DNA from: a virus
Taxonomy: Duplodnaviria; Caudoviricetes
Virus record (IMG/VR): IMGVR_UViG_3300032334_001433
Coordinates: 64,001-128,000 of that record
Reading direction: 5' to 3' (one strand)
Length of the DNA stretch: 64,000 bases
A program made the translations under genes and the position numbers. The notes below the pieces were generated by a model, which saw only the letters and a program-made list of their open reading frames with translations, had not been told where the DNA came from and searched no databases. Shown piece after piece: positions 27,589 through 36,654 of the stretch (the stretch's first letter is position 1; every line of letters starts with the position of its first letter).

Positions 27589-29448
27589 ATGGCACTCTCA
27601 CAATCAATTGTCTTAGATTTTACAATTTCTGGCGTTGCTGCCTATACAAAACTTACGCCATATATTTTTGGAGTAGATTATTCTGGTTTAGTAATTCCAG
27701 AATATACTATTGCTAGAGCAGTTTCTCGAAGCGACGTTACTTCTCAAAGAGCAGGATTGCCCGGTGATCCTTTGATTACTAATAGTGCCGGTTCAGTAAA
27801 TGGAAAAATTATTTTACCAAGATCTGTTGTTGCTGGATATAGTGAAGAAAATTTACCAATCAAATTTTATGCAACTGTAACTACTTCGCGCGGGCAAGGC
27901 GGTGCATCTCTTACAGAAACAAAAGAATATAGTAGAGTTAGCGCAACAATTAATGTAAAATATTCATCAGTAGAAGATACTCAAACAAATACTTCAGCGG
28001 CAACTACTAGAGATAATAAAACTATTTCGGATACAGTTGGTACTGCCGCAATTCCATCTATAGGAACACGAGGGACTATTGGAGGATCCGATTCTCTTAT
28101 TCCTTTAGCACAAACATTTTATGTAGATGCAACTAGATATCCTCAAGGTATTTTTGTAACTTCAGTAGATTTATTTTTTGCAGAAAAAGATCCTTCAGCT
28201 GCAATTTCTATAGAATTAAGAAATGTGGTAAATGGATTACCAGATTCAAGTCAATACATATCTGGTACAGTAGCGTCAATGGTTCCTGCAGATGTAAACA
28301 TACCAACTGATATTATTGGCGGGCCGATTGTTGCTACTAAATTTAATATGACGCATCCTATACATTTGAGTCCAGGAGAATATGCAATTTGTATCCATAG
28401 TACTTCTGAAAAATATAGTTTATACTATGCAAAATTGGGAGAATATGTTTTAGGTACAAATAAAATATTGGATAAAGAGGCGTATTCTGGAAGATTATTT
28501 AAATCGCAAAATACAAATCTTTGGTTAGAAGAAACTAATACCGATATATGTTTTAGAGTAAATAAAGCAGTTTTTGAAACTGGTACACGACAATTTGAAT
28601 TACAAACATTAGATTGCCCTAATGATTTTTATCATAATTTATATCTTGATAGTAGACAATATAATTTTGGAGATTTAACTTCTGTATTCTATGATTTTAA
28701 AGGTAGATATGATGAAGCTGGCAATTTTACTGGATATGGAAGAATTAAAGAACAAACTCCAGTAAGAACTTCTGTACCACTTATAGTTCACAATACTGGC
28801 GATATTAAATTTCAAGTATCTTTTGTAAATACATCAAAAGATATTAGTCCTATATTTGATATGCAAAATAGTTCTATGTATACCTTTAAAAATAACATAG
28901 ATCCATATGATGCAGATACTTCCAATAGTGAAACTTACTCAAATGATGGAGTTGCTAGATCAAAATATATAAGTAAGGTAGTTACTCTTCAACCAGGATT
29001 TGATTCTACAGGATTGGAAGTTAAAGTTGCTGTAAATAGACAAATTGGTACAGACATTGAAGTATTTTGCAGAGTATTAAGTGCATATGATAATGGATCT
29101 AATTCTAAAATTGAGAATAGAACATGGCGCAAAATGCCATTGTTTAATCAAACAGCAAATGTAGATTCTTCTTATAATATTACTTCTGCCAAATCATATG
29201 CAGGTGCAGATGAAAATTCTTATTCTTTAGAAACTTATAAGATATTAGAAGGTGATAGTGCAGCAACAACTGGAACTAATAATTTATCATATACTGCAGT
29301 TGTTTCAAATGGAACAGATAGAACAGATATTTCTCCAACAACATTTAATAATTTTAATAAATTCCAAATAAAAGTAGTTATGTATGCATCTAGTGTTGAT
29401 ACATATATTCCTAAAATAAAAGGTATAATTGCAACTGCGGTAATTTAA
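27589..29448 (+). CDS. Virion structural protein, DUF4815-like C-terminal part
   Basis: PLAQTFYV, GIFVTSVDLFF, LFKSQN..W, SKYISKVVTL and FQIKVVM motifs. Confidence 0.7.
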   Translation: MALSQSIVLDFTISGVAAYTKLTPYIFGVDYSGLVIPEYTIARAVSRSDVTSQRAGLPGDPLITNSAGSVNGKIILPRSVVAGYSEENLPIKFYATVTTSRGQGGASLTETKEYSRVSATINVKYSSVEDTQTNTSAATTRDNKTISDTVGTAAIPSIGTRGTIGGSDSLIPLAQTFYVDATRYPQGIFVTSVDLFFAEKDPSAAISIELRNVVNGLPDSSQYISGTVASMVPADVNIPTDIIGGPIVATKFNMTHPIHLSPGEYAICIHSTSEKYSLYYAKLGEYVLGTNKILDKEAYSGRLFKSQNTNLWLEETNTDICFRVNKAVFETGTRQFELQTLDCPNDFYHNLYLDSRQYNFGDLTSVFYDFKGRYDEAGNFTGYGRIKEQTPVRTSVPLIVHNTGDIKFQVSFVNTSKDISPIFDMQNSSMYTFKNNIDPYDADTSNSETYSNDGVARSKYISKVVTLQPGFDSTGLEVKVAVNRQIGTDIEVFCRVLSAYDNGSNSKIENRTWRKMPLFNQTANVDSSYNITSAKSYAGADENSYSLETYKILEGDSAATTGTNNLSYTAVVSNGTDRTDISPTTFNNFNKFQIKVVMYASSVDTYIPKIKGIIATAVI

Positions 29449-29449
29449 A

Positions 29450-29668
29450 ATGTTTGTACAATTAGAAAACGAAAATAGATTTATTAAAAACCTAAAGAAT
29501 GGTGCGTTAATTAATAACGACATTCAAGGCATAAAAGAATACAAACAAAAAAAAGAAAATTCTGAAAAAATACAGGTAATTTCCGAAGAGATAAATAATA
29601 TGAAAAACGAAATGTCTGAGATAAAGAATCTTTTACAACAATTGGTAAATCAAAATTCTTTGAAATAA
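29450..29668 (+). CDS. Small coiled-coil structural-region protein
   Basis: GALINND followed by a heptad C-terminus EINNMKNEMSEIKNLLQQL. Confidence 0.65.
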   Translation: MFVQLENENRFIKNLKNGALINNDIQGIKEYKQKKENSEKIQVISEEINNMKNEMSEIKNLLQQLVNQNSLK

Positions 29669-29679
29669 GAGAGCAATAA

Positions 29680-32600
29680 ATGGCAACAACGTATACCGTA
29701 AGTAATGTAAATGTAGGTACCTATCCTAATGATGGACAGGGCGAATCTTTACGAAGTGCTTTTACACGGGTTAATAAAAATTTCTCAAATTTGTATCAAT
29801 TAGCATTGCTTGGAGGTAGCAATACCGTAGGCTCCGCAAATATTGCAGTACAAGATGAGGGAACTTATTTAACAAATTCGGTATCCATATTAAATTTTGT
29901 TGGATCGGGTGTTACCGCAAACGCAAATGGTAGCGTTATTACAATTACAATTAATGGCGGGAATGGCGGTGGCGGAGCAAATGTAATTTATTATAGTAAT
30001 GTATACAACAATACAACTATAGCTAGCAATGTAGATTTGGGTGCGTTAAATAGTGCTCTTGCAAATTTAAGCTATGTTAGTTTGGGTGCATTAAATAATG
30101 CCCTTGCAAATTTAAGCTATGTTAGTTTAGGATATTTAAATAATGCTCTTGCAAATTTACAACCAACAAATTTAAGTGGTTTGGGAAATGCACTTGCAAA
30201 TTTAACATATACTGATCTATCAAGATTAGGAAATGCTTTAGCAAATGTTCAACCAGTAAATTTAGATTCTTTAAATAATGCTTTAGCGCGAGTTAATGTC
30301 AATACACTTGGCAACTTTACAAACGTATTTAATACCATTGCAGCAAATGCAGCAAATGTTTCTAAAGTAGGCATTGTATCTGGATTGCCTGCATCCGGAG
30401 CAAATGGTCAATCAGTTTATAATTCTGCAGATGGCGGTTTATATATTTGGCAAGGTAACGCATGGGTAAAACCTGCGGCGGCATTTACACCAACTGCGGC
30501 TTCAATTGCAACAGTTGAAATATGGACCACTACTCCAAAACCAACAACAAACTTAATTAACGGTAGAACAATTCTTTATACTGCAGATAGTAATCTGTAC
30601 ATATATGTAGGCGGTGCTTGGAATAGTTATAATAGTTATATTCAAGGCTCCGGTACTCCTACAGTTGGAGCAAACACAATTAATGCTGCGGCACTTCAGG
30701 CCGGAATTATTACTGCAGATAAAATTGCATCTGGAGCAATTATAGCCGGCAAGATTGCAGCCGGTGCAATTAATGCCTCAGAAATTGCGGCAGGAACAAT
30801 TACTTCTGGAATGATTGCAACAAACTCAATCATAGCAGGCAAGATTGCAGCCGGAGTAATAACTGCTTCAGAAATTGCTACGGGAACAATTACAGCAACT
30901 CAAATTGCTGCAAATACTATTACCGCAGATCAGATTGCTGCACAGGCAGTAACGGCATCAGAAATCGCGGCAAATGCTGTGTATGCTGCTGCTATACAAG
31001 CGTATGCAATTACCGCAGATAAAATTGCAGCAAATGCAGTTACTGCAGTATCAGTTGCGGCAAATTCAATCTATGGTAACTCCATTATGGCGTATACCTT
31101 AACCGGCGATAGGATTCGAGCAAATACAATTACAGGTATGAGTATTGTAGGCAATACTATTTACGGCAATGCTATTATGGCATACACATTGACAGGTGAC
31201 AGAATTATGGCAAATTCTGTTTCAGGTATGGTATTGATAGGCAATACAATATTTGGTAATGCTATTGTTGGCAATTCTATTACCGGTGATCAAATTAGAG
31301 CAAATTCTGTTTCAGGTATGGTATTGATAGGCAATACAATATTTGGTAATGCTATTGTTGGCAATTCTATTACTGGCGATCAAATTAGAGCAAATTCTGT
31401 TTCCGGCATGGTAATTACTGCAAACACGTTATTTGCGAATGCAATTCTAACTAATAGTATCACAGCTGCGCAAATTAAAGCAAATACTATTACGGGCAAT
31501 GAAATTTTAGTTAATTCTATAACTGCTGATAAAATTGATACCAGAGGATTAACAATAAAGGCAGCTGACGGAACAGTATTATTTGGTTCAGGACAACTTT
31601 CAAGTTCAGTAACATTTTTTGATGGAACAAGTAATGTATCAGTTGTTTCTGCATTGTCTCAAAATCCCGTTGTATTCATTGGTACATATGCAACAGCACC
31701 AAGCAGCGGAATAAAAGAAAATAACGTATATAAAAATTCAACAGATGGCAATACTTATGTTTATAAAAGCGGAACATGGACGACATTTGTTACTGGCGGC
31801 ACAGGATCACAAGGACCGGCAGGCCCACAAGGACCAGCTGGCGCAGCAGGAGCAAGTGGTTCACCTGGAGAAAGAGGATATAAAGAATTCATATATGGAG
31901 TCGCCGGATTATCTTCTTGGAATGATACCTATGCAGAAACAGCAATAACAAATGTAGGATTGACAAAAGTAATACTTGATAGAGTTACTTTATATAATTC
32001 AAGTTCTCCAGGATCATTCTCACAATCAAGATTTTGGTCAGGGTCTGCATGGTCTCCGGTATCAGCATATATTAATGGTGGATTATTAGTTAGCGGAACT
32101 ATTGGTGCAGATGCAATTGCAACAAATGCAGTAACTGCAAATAAGATTTTAGCAGGAGCAATTACTGCAGATAAAATTAATGTTGGATCGTTATCTGCAT
32201 TATCTGCAAATATTGGTGTTATTACTACAGGTAAAATACAAGGGGACGTAGTATTCAGTGGTAATATTTACGGAGCCAACGGTACATTTAGTGGCTCATT
32301 AACCGCCGCCGCAATTAATGCGGTAGATACTGTCAATATTACAAATAGTGCGGTTACTTCAGTATTATCTGTAAAACTTAATACTCCTTTTGTATTAAAT
32401 GGTTATGCTGCAGGCGGAGGCTCAATTAATCCTGGAGGAGCTATATTTAAAATAGATGTACTTACTACAGGATGGGTTAAGATTCCAAATCAATCATCGG
32501 TTACTATGTTCTTTACTATGAATAGTTATGGTCAAGATACATGGCAATATTTGTCTCCTTCAATTACTCCAGAAGTACGCAGAGAAACACAATATTATAG

Positions 32601-33126
32601 AATAAGAGCAACTTATGGCGGAAACGGGGCATCTCCTTCTGCTGCCGTAATTGCTAATCCATGGTCGTCATATACTACGCCTGTAGATCAACCATTTAGA
32701 ATAGTAGATAGATTTACTCCTCCAAGTGATGCAATAAAAGTAAATCAAACAACATTAGGGGATGGCGCATCTGGTTCATTGACTGCTCCTGGATGGTATC
32801 AATTTGTTGTTGATATGATTGTATTGCCAGGCCCAGGATCTCTAGATGAGCAATCATTTGTATATGCACACGGAGGAGACATATCAATTGTAGGTACAAC
32901 TGATGCAGTTACTGCAATTTCAAATAACCAATGGACAGATAGATATGGATTATCCGGAGGCGGTCCGTCAACAACATATAATTATAATAATCCAAATGAT
33001 GTTTGGGGGTACGGAGTATTTTTAGTTTCTAATAGACCAATTTATAATGCTTGGTATACAGGTTTCCCTTATTTGTACCATAGATTTAGTTCAGGATCAT
33101 TAACAGTTATTATAGCAAAAAAATAA
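29680..33126 (+). CDS. Tail fibre with gp9/gp10-like baseplate-attachment N-terminus
   Basis: NVGTYPNDGQGESLRSAF; 15-aa helical repeats; ITADKIAAGA-type repeats; collagen triplets; followed by a fibre chaperone. Confidence 0.8.
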   Translation: MATTYTVSNVNVGTYPNDGQGESLRSAFTRVNKNFSNLYQLALLGGSNTVGSANIAVQDEGTYLTNSVSILNFVGSGVTANANGSVITITINGGNGGGGANVIYYSNVYNNTTIASNVDLGALNSALANLSYVSLGALNNALANLSYVSLGYLNNALANLQPTNLSGLGNALANLTYTDLSRLGNALANVQPVNLDSLNNALARVNVNTLGNFTNVFNTIAANAANVSKVGIVSGLPASGANGQSVYNSADGGLYIWQGNAWVKPAAAFTPTAASIATVEIWTTTPKPTTNLINGRTILYTADSNLYIYVGGAWNSYNSYIQGSGTPTVGANTINAAALQAGIITADKIASGAIIAGKIAAGAINASEIAAGTITSGMIATNSIIAGKIAAGVITASEIATGTITATQIAANTITADQIAAQAVTASEIAANAVYAAAIQAYAITADKIAANAVTAVSVAANSIYGNSIMAYTLTGDRIRANTITGMSIVGNTIYGNAIMAYTLTGDRIMANSVSGMVLIGNTIFGNAIVGNSITGDQIRANSVSGMVLIGNTIFGNAIVGNSITGDQIRANSVSGMVITANTLFANAILTNSITAAQIKANTITGNEILVNSITADKIDTRGLTIKAADGTVLFGSGQLSSSVTFFDGTSNVSVVSALSQNPVVFIGTYATAPSSGIKENNVYKNSTDGNTYVYKSGTWTTFVTGGTGSQGPAGPQGPAGAAGASGSPGERGYKEFIYGVAGLSSWNDTYAETAITNVGLTKVILDRVTLYNSSSPGSFSQSRFWSGSAWSPVSAYINGGLLVSGTIGADAIATNAVTANKILAGAITADKINVGSLSALSANIGVITTGKIQGDVVFSGNIYGANGTFSGSLTAAAINAVDTVNITNSAVTSVLSVKLNTPFVLNGYAAGGGSINPGGAIFKIDVLTTGWVKIPNQSSVTMFFTMNSYGQDTWQYLSPSITPEVRRETQYYRIRATYGGNGASPSAAVIANPWSSYTTPVDQPFRIVDRFTPPSDAIKVNQTTLGDGASGSLTAPGWYQFVVDMIVLPGPGSLDEQSFVYAHGGDISIVGTTDAVTAISNNQWTDRYGLSGGGPSTTYNYNNPNDVWGYGVFLVSNRPIYNAWYTGFPYLYHRFSSGSLTVIIAKK
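30037..30324 (+). repeat. Six 15-aa (45-nt) tandem repeats LGxLNNALANLxxxx
   Basis: Visible in both protein and DNA (gcaaatttaagctatgttagttt repeated 45 nt apart). Confidence 0.85.
31209..31412 (+). repeat. 90-bp near-exact tandem duplication (30 aa) in fibre
   Basis: caaattctgtttc at 31211, 31301 and 31391. Confidence 0.9.
31804..31878 (+). repeat. Collagen-like Gly-X-Y segment
   Basis: GSQGPAGPQGPAGAAGASGSPGERG. Confidence 0.85.
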
Positions 33127-33127
33127 A

Positions 33128-33577
33128 ATGGCAAATATTACTTATCACAAATTTGACGAGAATGGTCAATATACGCATTCTTTTTCTTCACCTGAAGAAA
33201 ACTTAGAATTTGAAGATCTTACTAAAATTTATGTAGGAACATTTGATGATAGCAATAAAAATGTAAACGATTATTATCATGATTTTAATACAAATTCTCC
33301 AGTATTAAAACCGGAAAATCCAAATCCTTTAGAATATAAAGAGTTTGATTATGTTACAAAACAATGGAAAATTCTAGAAAATAATATAACTACAGAGTTA
33401 AAATGGCAAGACGTAAGATCCGCTAGAACATTTTTAATAGCAAAAACAGATTGGACTCAATTGCCAGATGTACCACTTGCAACTAAAGAAGCTTGGGCAA
33501 CATATCGTCAGGCACTAAGAGATATTACTTCACAATCAGATCCGTTCAATATAACTTGGCCAACAAAGCCGGAATAA
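33128..33577 (+). CDS. Tail fibre assembly chaperone
   Basis: C-terminal R..R..LIAKTDWTQLPDVP....WATYRQALRDIT....WPTKP. Confidence 0.85.
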   Translation: MANITYHKFDENGQYTHSFSSPEENLEFEDLTKIYVGTFDDSNKNVNDYYHDFNTNSPVLKPENPNPLEYKEFDYVTKQWKILENNITTELKWQDVRSARTFLIAKTDWTQLPDVPLATKEAWATYRQALRDITSQSDPFNITWPTKPE

Positions 33578-33578
33578 A

Positions 33579-33908
33579 ATGGCAGCAACAAAAAATTTAG
33601 TAATAGATCAAGGCGCAACTTTTTCTGCCAATATTCAATATTTGGATAATAGCAAAAATCCGATATCCCTTGCTGGATATGACATAAATAGTCAAATGCG
33701 AAGATCATACTATAGTGCAAATGCAGTTTCATTTACTGCAAATATTACAAATGCATCTACGGGAAATATTAATATAGCATTGGATTCAACACAAACTGCA
33801 AATCTTATTGCAGGAAGATATGTTTATGATGTTGAGGCTAATATAGGTTCTACAGTATTGAGAATCGTTGAAGGCATAATCACAGTAACTCCAGGAGTAA
33901 CAAGATAA
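33579..33908 (+). CDS. Conserved small virion protein (BppU-like beta-sandwich)
   Basis: NLVIDQGATF, AGRYVYDVE and RIVEGIITVTPGVTR motifs. Confidence 0.65.
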   Translation: MAATKNLVIDQGATFSANIQYLDNSKNPISLAGYDINSQMRRSYYSANAVSFTANITNASTGNINIALDSTQTANLIAGRYVYDVEANIGSTVLRIVEGIITVTPGVTR

Positions 33909-34651
33909 TGGCAACAGTAACATCCAGACAAGGTCTTAAAGAATACTGTCTACGTAGACTTGGTTCTCCTGTAATCGAAATAAACGTAGATGACGATCAA
34001 GTTGAAGATCGTTTAGATGATGCGTTTCAATTCTACAGAGAATATCACTATGATGCTGTAGAAAAAGTTTACCTTAAGCACCAAATAACAGCAAACAATA
34101 TTTCAAATCAATACATTGAAGTATCGGATGCAGTTGTTGGGGTTGAGAGAGTATTTCCGTTTATGAATAAATCTACAGGTACAAATATCTTTGATATTAA
34201 GTACCAGATTTTAATTAATGATTTGTATACATTGATGTCTACAGATTTGATCTATTATACAGAAGTAAGACAAGAATTAGAATTAATTAACCAATTGTTA
34301 GTTGGTCAAAAACCAATTCGATTTAACCGTCACATGAATAGATTATTCATTGATATGGATTGGGCAGCTGACGTGGTTCCTGGAACATATGTAATTGTAG
34401 AATGCTGGAGAATATTAGATCCGGATGTATTTACGGATGTTTATAATGATATGTTTCTTAAGAGATATGCAACTGCCCTAATCAAAAGACAATGGGGAGA
34501 TAATATGAAGAAATTCTCAGGTGTACAACTTCCTGGAGGTGTAACACTTAATGGAGAGATAGTGTATCAAGAGGCAGTGGAAGAAATAAGACAAATTGAA
34601 ACAGAAATACAATCTAGATTTGAATTGCCTGTAGATATGTTTGTTGGATAA
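33908..34651 (+). CDS. gp13: gp13 neck protein
   Basis: LKEYCLRRLGSPVIEINVDDDQ and KKFSGVQLPGGVTLNG motifs. Confidence 0.92.
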   Translation: MATVTSRQGLKEYCLRRLGSPVIEINVDDDQVEDRLDDAFQFYREYHYDAVEKVYLKHQITANNISNQYIEVSDAVVGVERVFPFMNKSTGTNIFDIKYQILINDLYTLMSTDLIYYTEVRQELELINQLLVGQKPIRFNRHMNRLFIDMDWAADVVPGTYVIVECWRILDPDVFTDVYNDMFLKRYATALIKRQWGDNMKKFSGVQLPGGVTLNGEIVYQEAVEEIRQIETEIQSRFELPVDMFVG

Positions 34652-34678
34652 TATTCTTATCACCTAGGCTCATAGAAG

Positions 34679-34707
34679 ATAATAACATCGTGTCAATAGA
34701 TTGTCAA
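34679..34707 (-). promoter_or_regulatory. Antisense sigma70-type promoter between gp13 and gp14
   Basis: Minus strand TTGACA (34707-34702), 17 nt, TGtTATTAT (-10 at 34684-34679); a second TTGACA at 34696-34691. Confidence 0.55.
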
Positions 34708-34721
34708 TAGAATAATATAAA

Positions 34722-35471
34722 ATGGCAACCGTAAACCCATACTTTCATTCCGGCGTACCAATGGGTAGGCAATCGGAGCAAAATCTCTATGAGGATTTGG
34801 TAATCGAATGCTTAAAGATTTATGGTTTCGAATTATACTATTTGCCTAGAAAAACGTTTAATGAGGATCGCATTTTAGGCGAAGATCCGTTAAACAATTA
34901 TGAACATGCTTACCCAATTGAGATGTATTTGGAAAATTCTAATGGGTTTGAAGGCCCCGGAGATTTCTTATCTAAATTTGGTGTGCAGACAGTACAAGAT
35001 GCAACATTTATAGTTTCAAGAAAACGTTGGACACAAGTTGCGGGAAATACTGGTAATACTATTCTGCCTAGACCAGCAGAGGGAGATTTAATCTATTTCC
35101 CATTAACACATTCATATTTTGAAATTCGCAAAGTTGAAGGAAGTCAGCCTTTCTATCAGGTTGGTAAGTTATACATATATAAATTATTCTGTGAATTAAT
35201 GCAATTCTCCAGCGAAGTTATTAAAACCGGAGTTTCTGAGATTGATACCTATCCGGATATTATTAATGAAGACGTCCAGAATTTTGAGATAACTCAAGAA
35301 GATGGTAGTGAGTTATTATTTGAATACAACACGGAAAGTCCAATAATTCAAGAATCATATTCTACATTGCACTCGGATGATGGAGCTGCTAGAAATGAGG
35401 ATTTTGATACTAATATTACTGACATATTAGATTTTAGCGAAAAGAATCCTTTTGGAGAGGTTTTTAGATAA
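34722..35471 (+). CDS. gp14: gp14 neck protein
   Basis: ECLKIYG, YPIEMY, LSKFG, RPAEGDLIYFP and NPFGE motifs. Confidence 0.92.
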   Translation: MATVNPYFHSGVPMGRQSEQNLYEDLVIECLKIYGFELYYLPRKTFNEDRILGEDPLNNYEHAYPIEMYLENSNGFEGPGDFLSKFGVQTVQDATFIVSRKRWTQVAGNTGNTILPRPAEGDLIYFPLTHSYFEIRKVEGSQPFYQVGKLYIYKLFCELMQFSSEVIKTGVSEIDTYPDIINEDVQNFEITQEDGSELLFEYNTESPIIQESYSTLHSDDGAARNEDFDTNITDILDFSEKNPFGEVFR

Positions 35472-36223
35472 TGTTAGATCAAAGATTTTATTGGGGAACT
35501 ATACGAAAAGCTATTATTGCTTTTGGTAATATGTTCAATAGTATTACTATTGAGCGCCGAGATGCTGATGGAAACATAGTACAAGTATTAAAGGTGCCTG
35601 TTTCTTATGCCTCAAAACAAAAGGCATTGGCAAGAATTCAACAAAGACCCAATGTCGATGACATGAATGTTCAGGTGATTGTGCCTAGAATGTCTTTTGA
35701 GATGACAACTCTACAATATGATTTCAACAGAAAAATTAGTCCTATTCAACAAAATAGAGCAGTAAATTCTACATCATCTACTTTGGATTCTCAGTACGCG
35801 CCGACTCCGTATAATATTAATGTATCTCTTTTTGTGTATGTAAAAAATCAAGATGATGGTTTGCAGATAATTGAGCAAATACTTCCGTATTTTAATCCAG
35901 ATTATAATCTAACAGTAAAAGCAATTCCTCAGTTAGGGATTAAAAATGATTTACCTATACTTTTAGATAATGTTAGTTTTGAAGATACATATGAAGGTGG
36001 ATTTGAACAACAAAGAACAATTGTTTGGACTTTAAATTTTACAATGAAACTTAATTTTTATGGGCCCGTTAACAAACAAGGAATCATTAAAAAAGTTATT
36101 ACAAATACTTTTAATGATCCAGGATTGACTCAACAACAAACTAAAATCACGGTTGAGCCTTCTCCGTTAACCGCAAAACCCGGCGATGACATTGGGTTTA
36201 CAGATACCTTTGAAAACTTTTAA
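35471..36223 (+). CDS. gp15: gp15 tail sheath stabiliser
   Basis: RKAIIAFGNMFN, PRMSFEM and QIIEQILPYFNP motifs. Confidence 0.92.
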   Translation: MLDQRFYWGTIRKAIIAFGNMFNSITIERRDADGNIVQVLKVPVSYASKQKALARIQQRPNVDDMNVQVIVPRMSFEMTTLQYDFNRKISPIQQNRAVNSTSSTLDSQYAPTPYNINVSLFVYVKNQDDGLQIIEQILPYFNPDYNLTVKAIPQLGIKNDLPILLDNVSFEDTYEGGFEQQRTIVWTLNFTMKLNFYGPVNKQGIIKKVITNTFNDPGLTQQQTKITVEPSPLTAKPGDDIGFTDTFENF

Positions 36224-36654
36224 TGAAAAATATTCCTGAACTTGATAAATTATTTGATTTGCCTTTAACGGAAGCAGAAAAAACACAAGACGTACCGGCA
36301 ATTGTAAATGATTCTACACAAAGAGATTTAGATCAAGATGAAGATTATCAGCTTGCAAGAAATACTTTGCGCGGATTAATTCATAAAAGCGGAGATACAT
36401 TGGATCAAATGATAGAACTTGCAAAAAGTTCTGAGCATCCAAGAACATACGAAGTTGCTGGACAGTTAATTAAAACTGTATCCGACGTTGCAAAAGATTT
36501 ATTAGAATTGCAGAAAAAAGCAAAAGATTTGCAGCCAGGTAAAACTGAAGGACCTAGAAGTGTCACTAATAACAATGTAGTTTTTGCAGGTTCTACTGCG
36601 GAACTAATGAAGATGTTAAAAAATAATAACGACGGCAATACAATTGAGCAGTAA
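36223..36654 (+). CDS. gp16: gp16 terminase small subunit
   Basis: SEHPRTYEVAGQLIK and NNNVVFAGSTAELMKML motifs. Confidence 0.92.
   Translation: MKNIPELDKLFDLPLTEAEKTQDVPAIVNDSTQRDLDQDEDYQLARNTLRGLIHKSGDTLDQMIELAKSSEHPRTYEVAGQLIKTVSDVAKDLLELQKKAKDLQPGKTEGPRSVTNNNVVFAGSTAELMKMLKNNNDGNTIEQ

Noticed and set aside
27574-27591. Stop-codon readthrough or alternative genetic code joining 26893-27576 to 27589-29448
   Set aside because: The stop is TAA, the downstream ORF has its own ATG, and core genes translate full length in code 11.
30690-31530. Fibre repeats as a diversity-generating retroelement TR/VR
   Set aside because: No reverse transcriptase in the window; the copies are tandem, in frame and show no adenine-specific differences.
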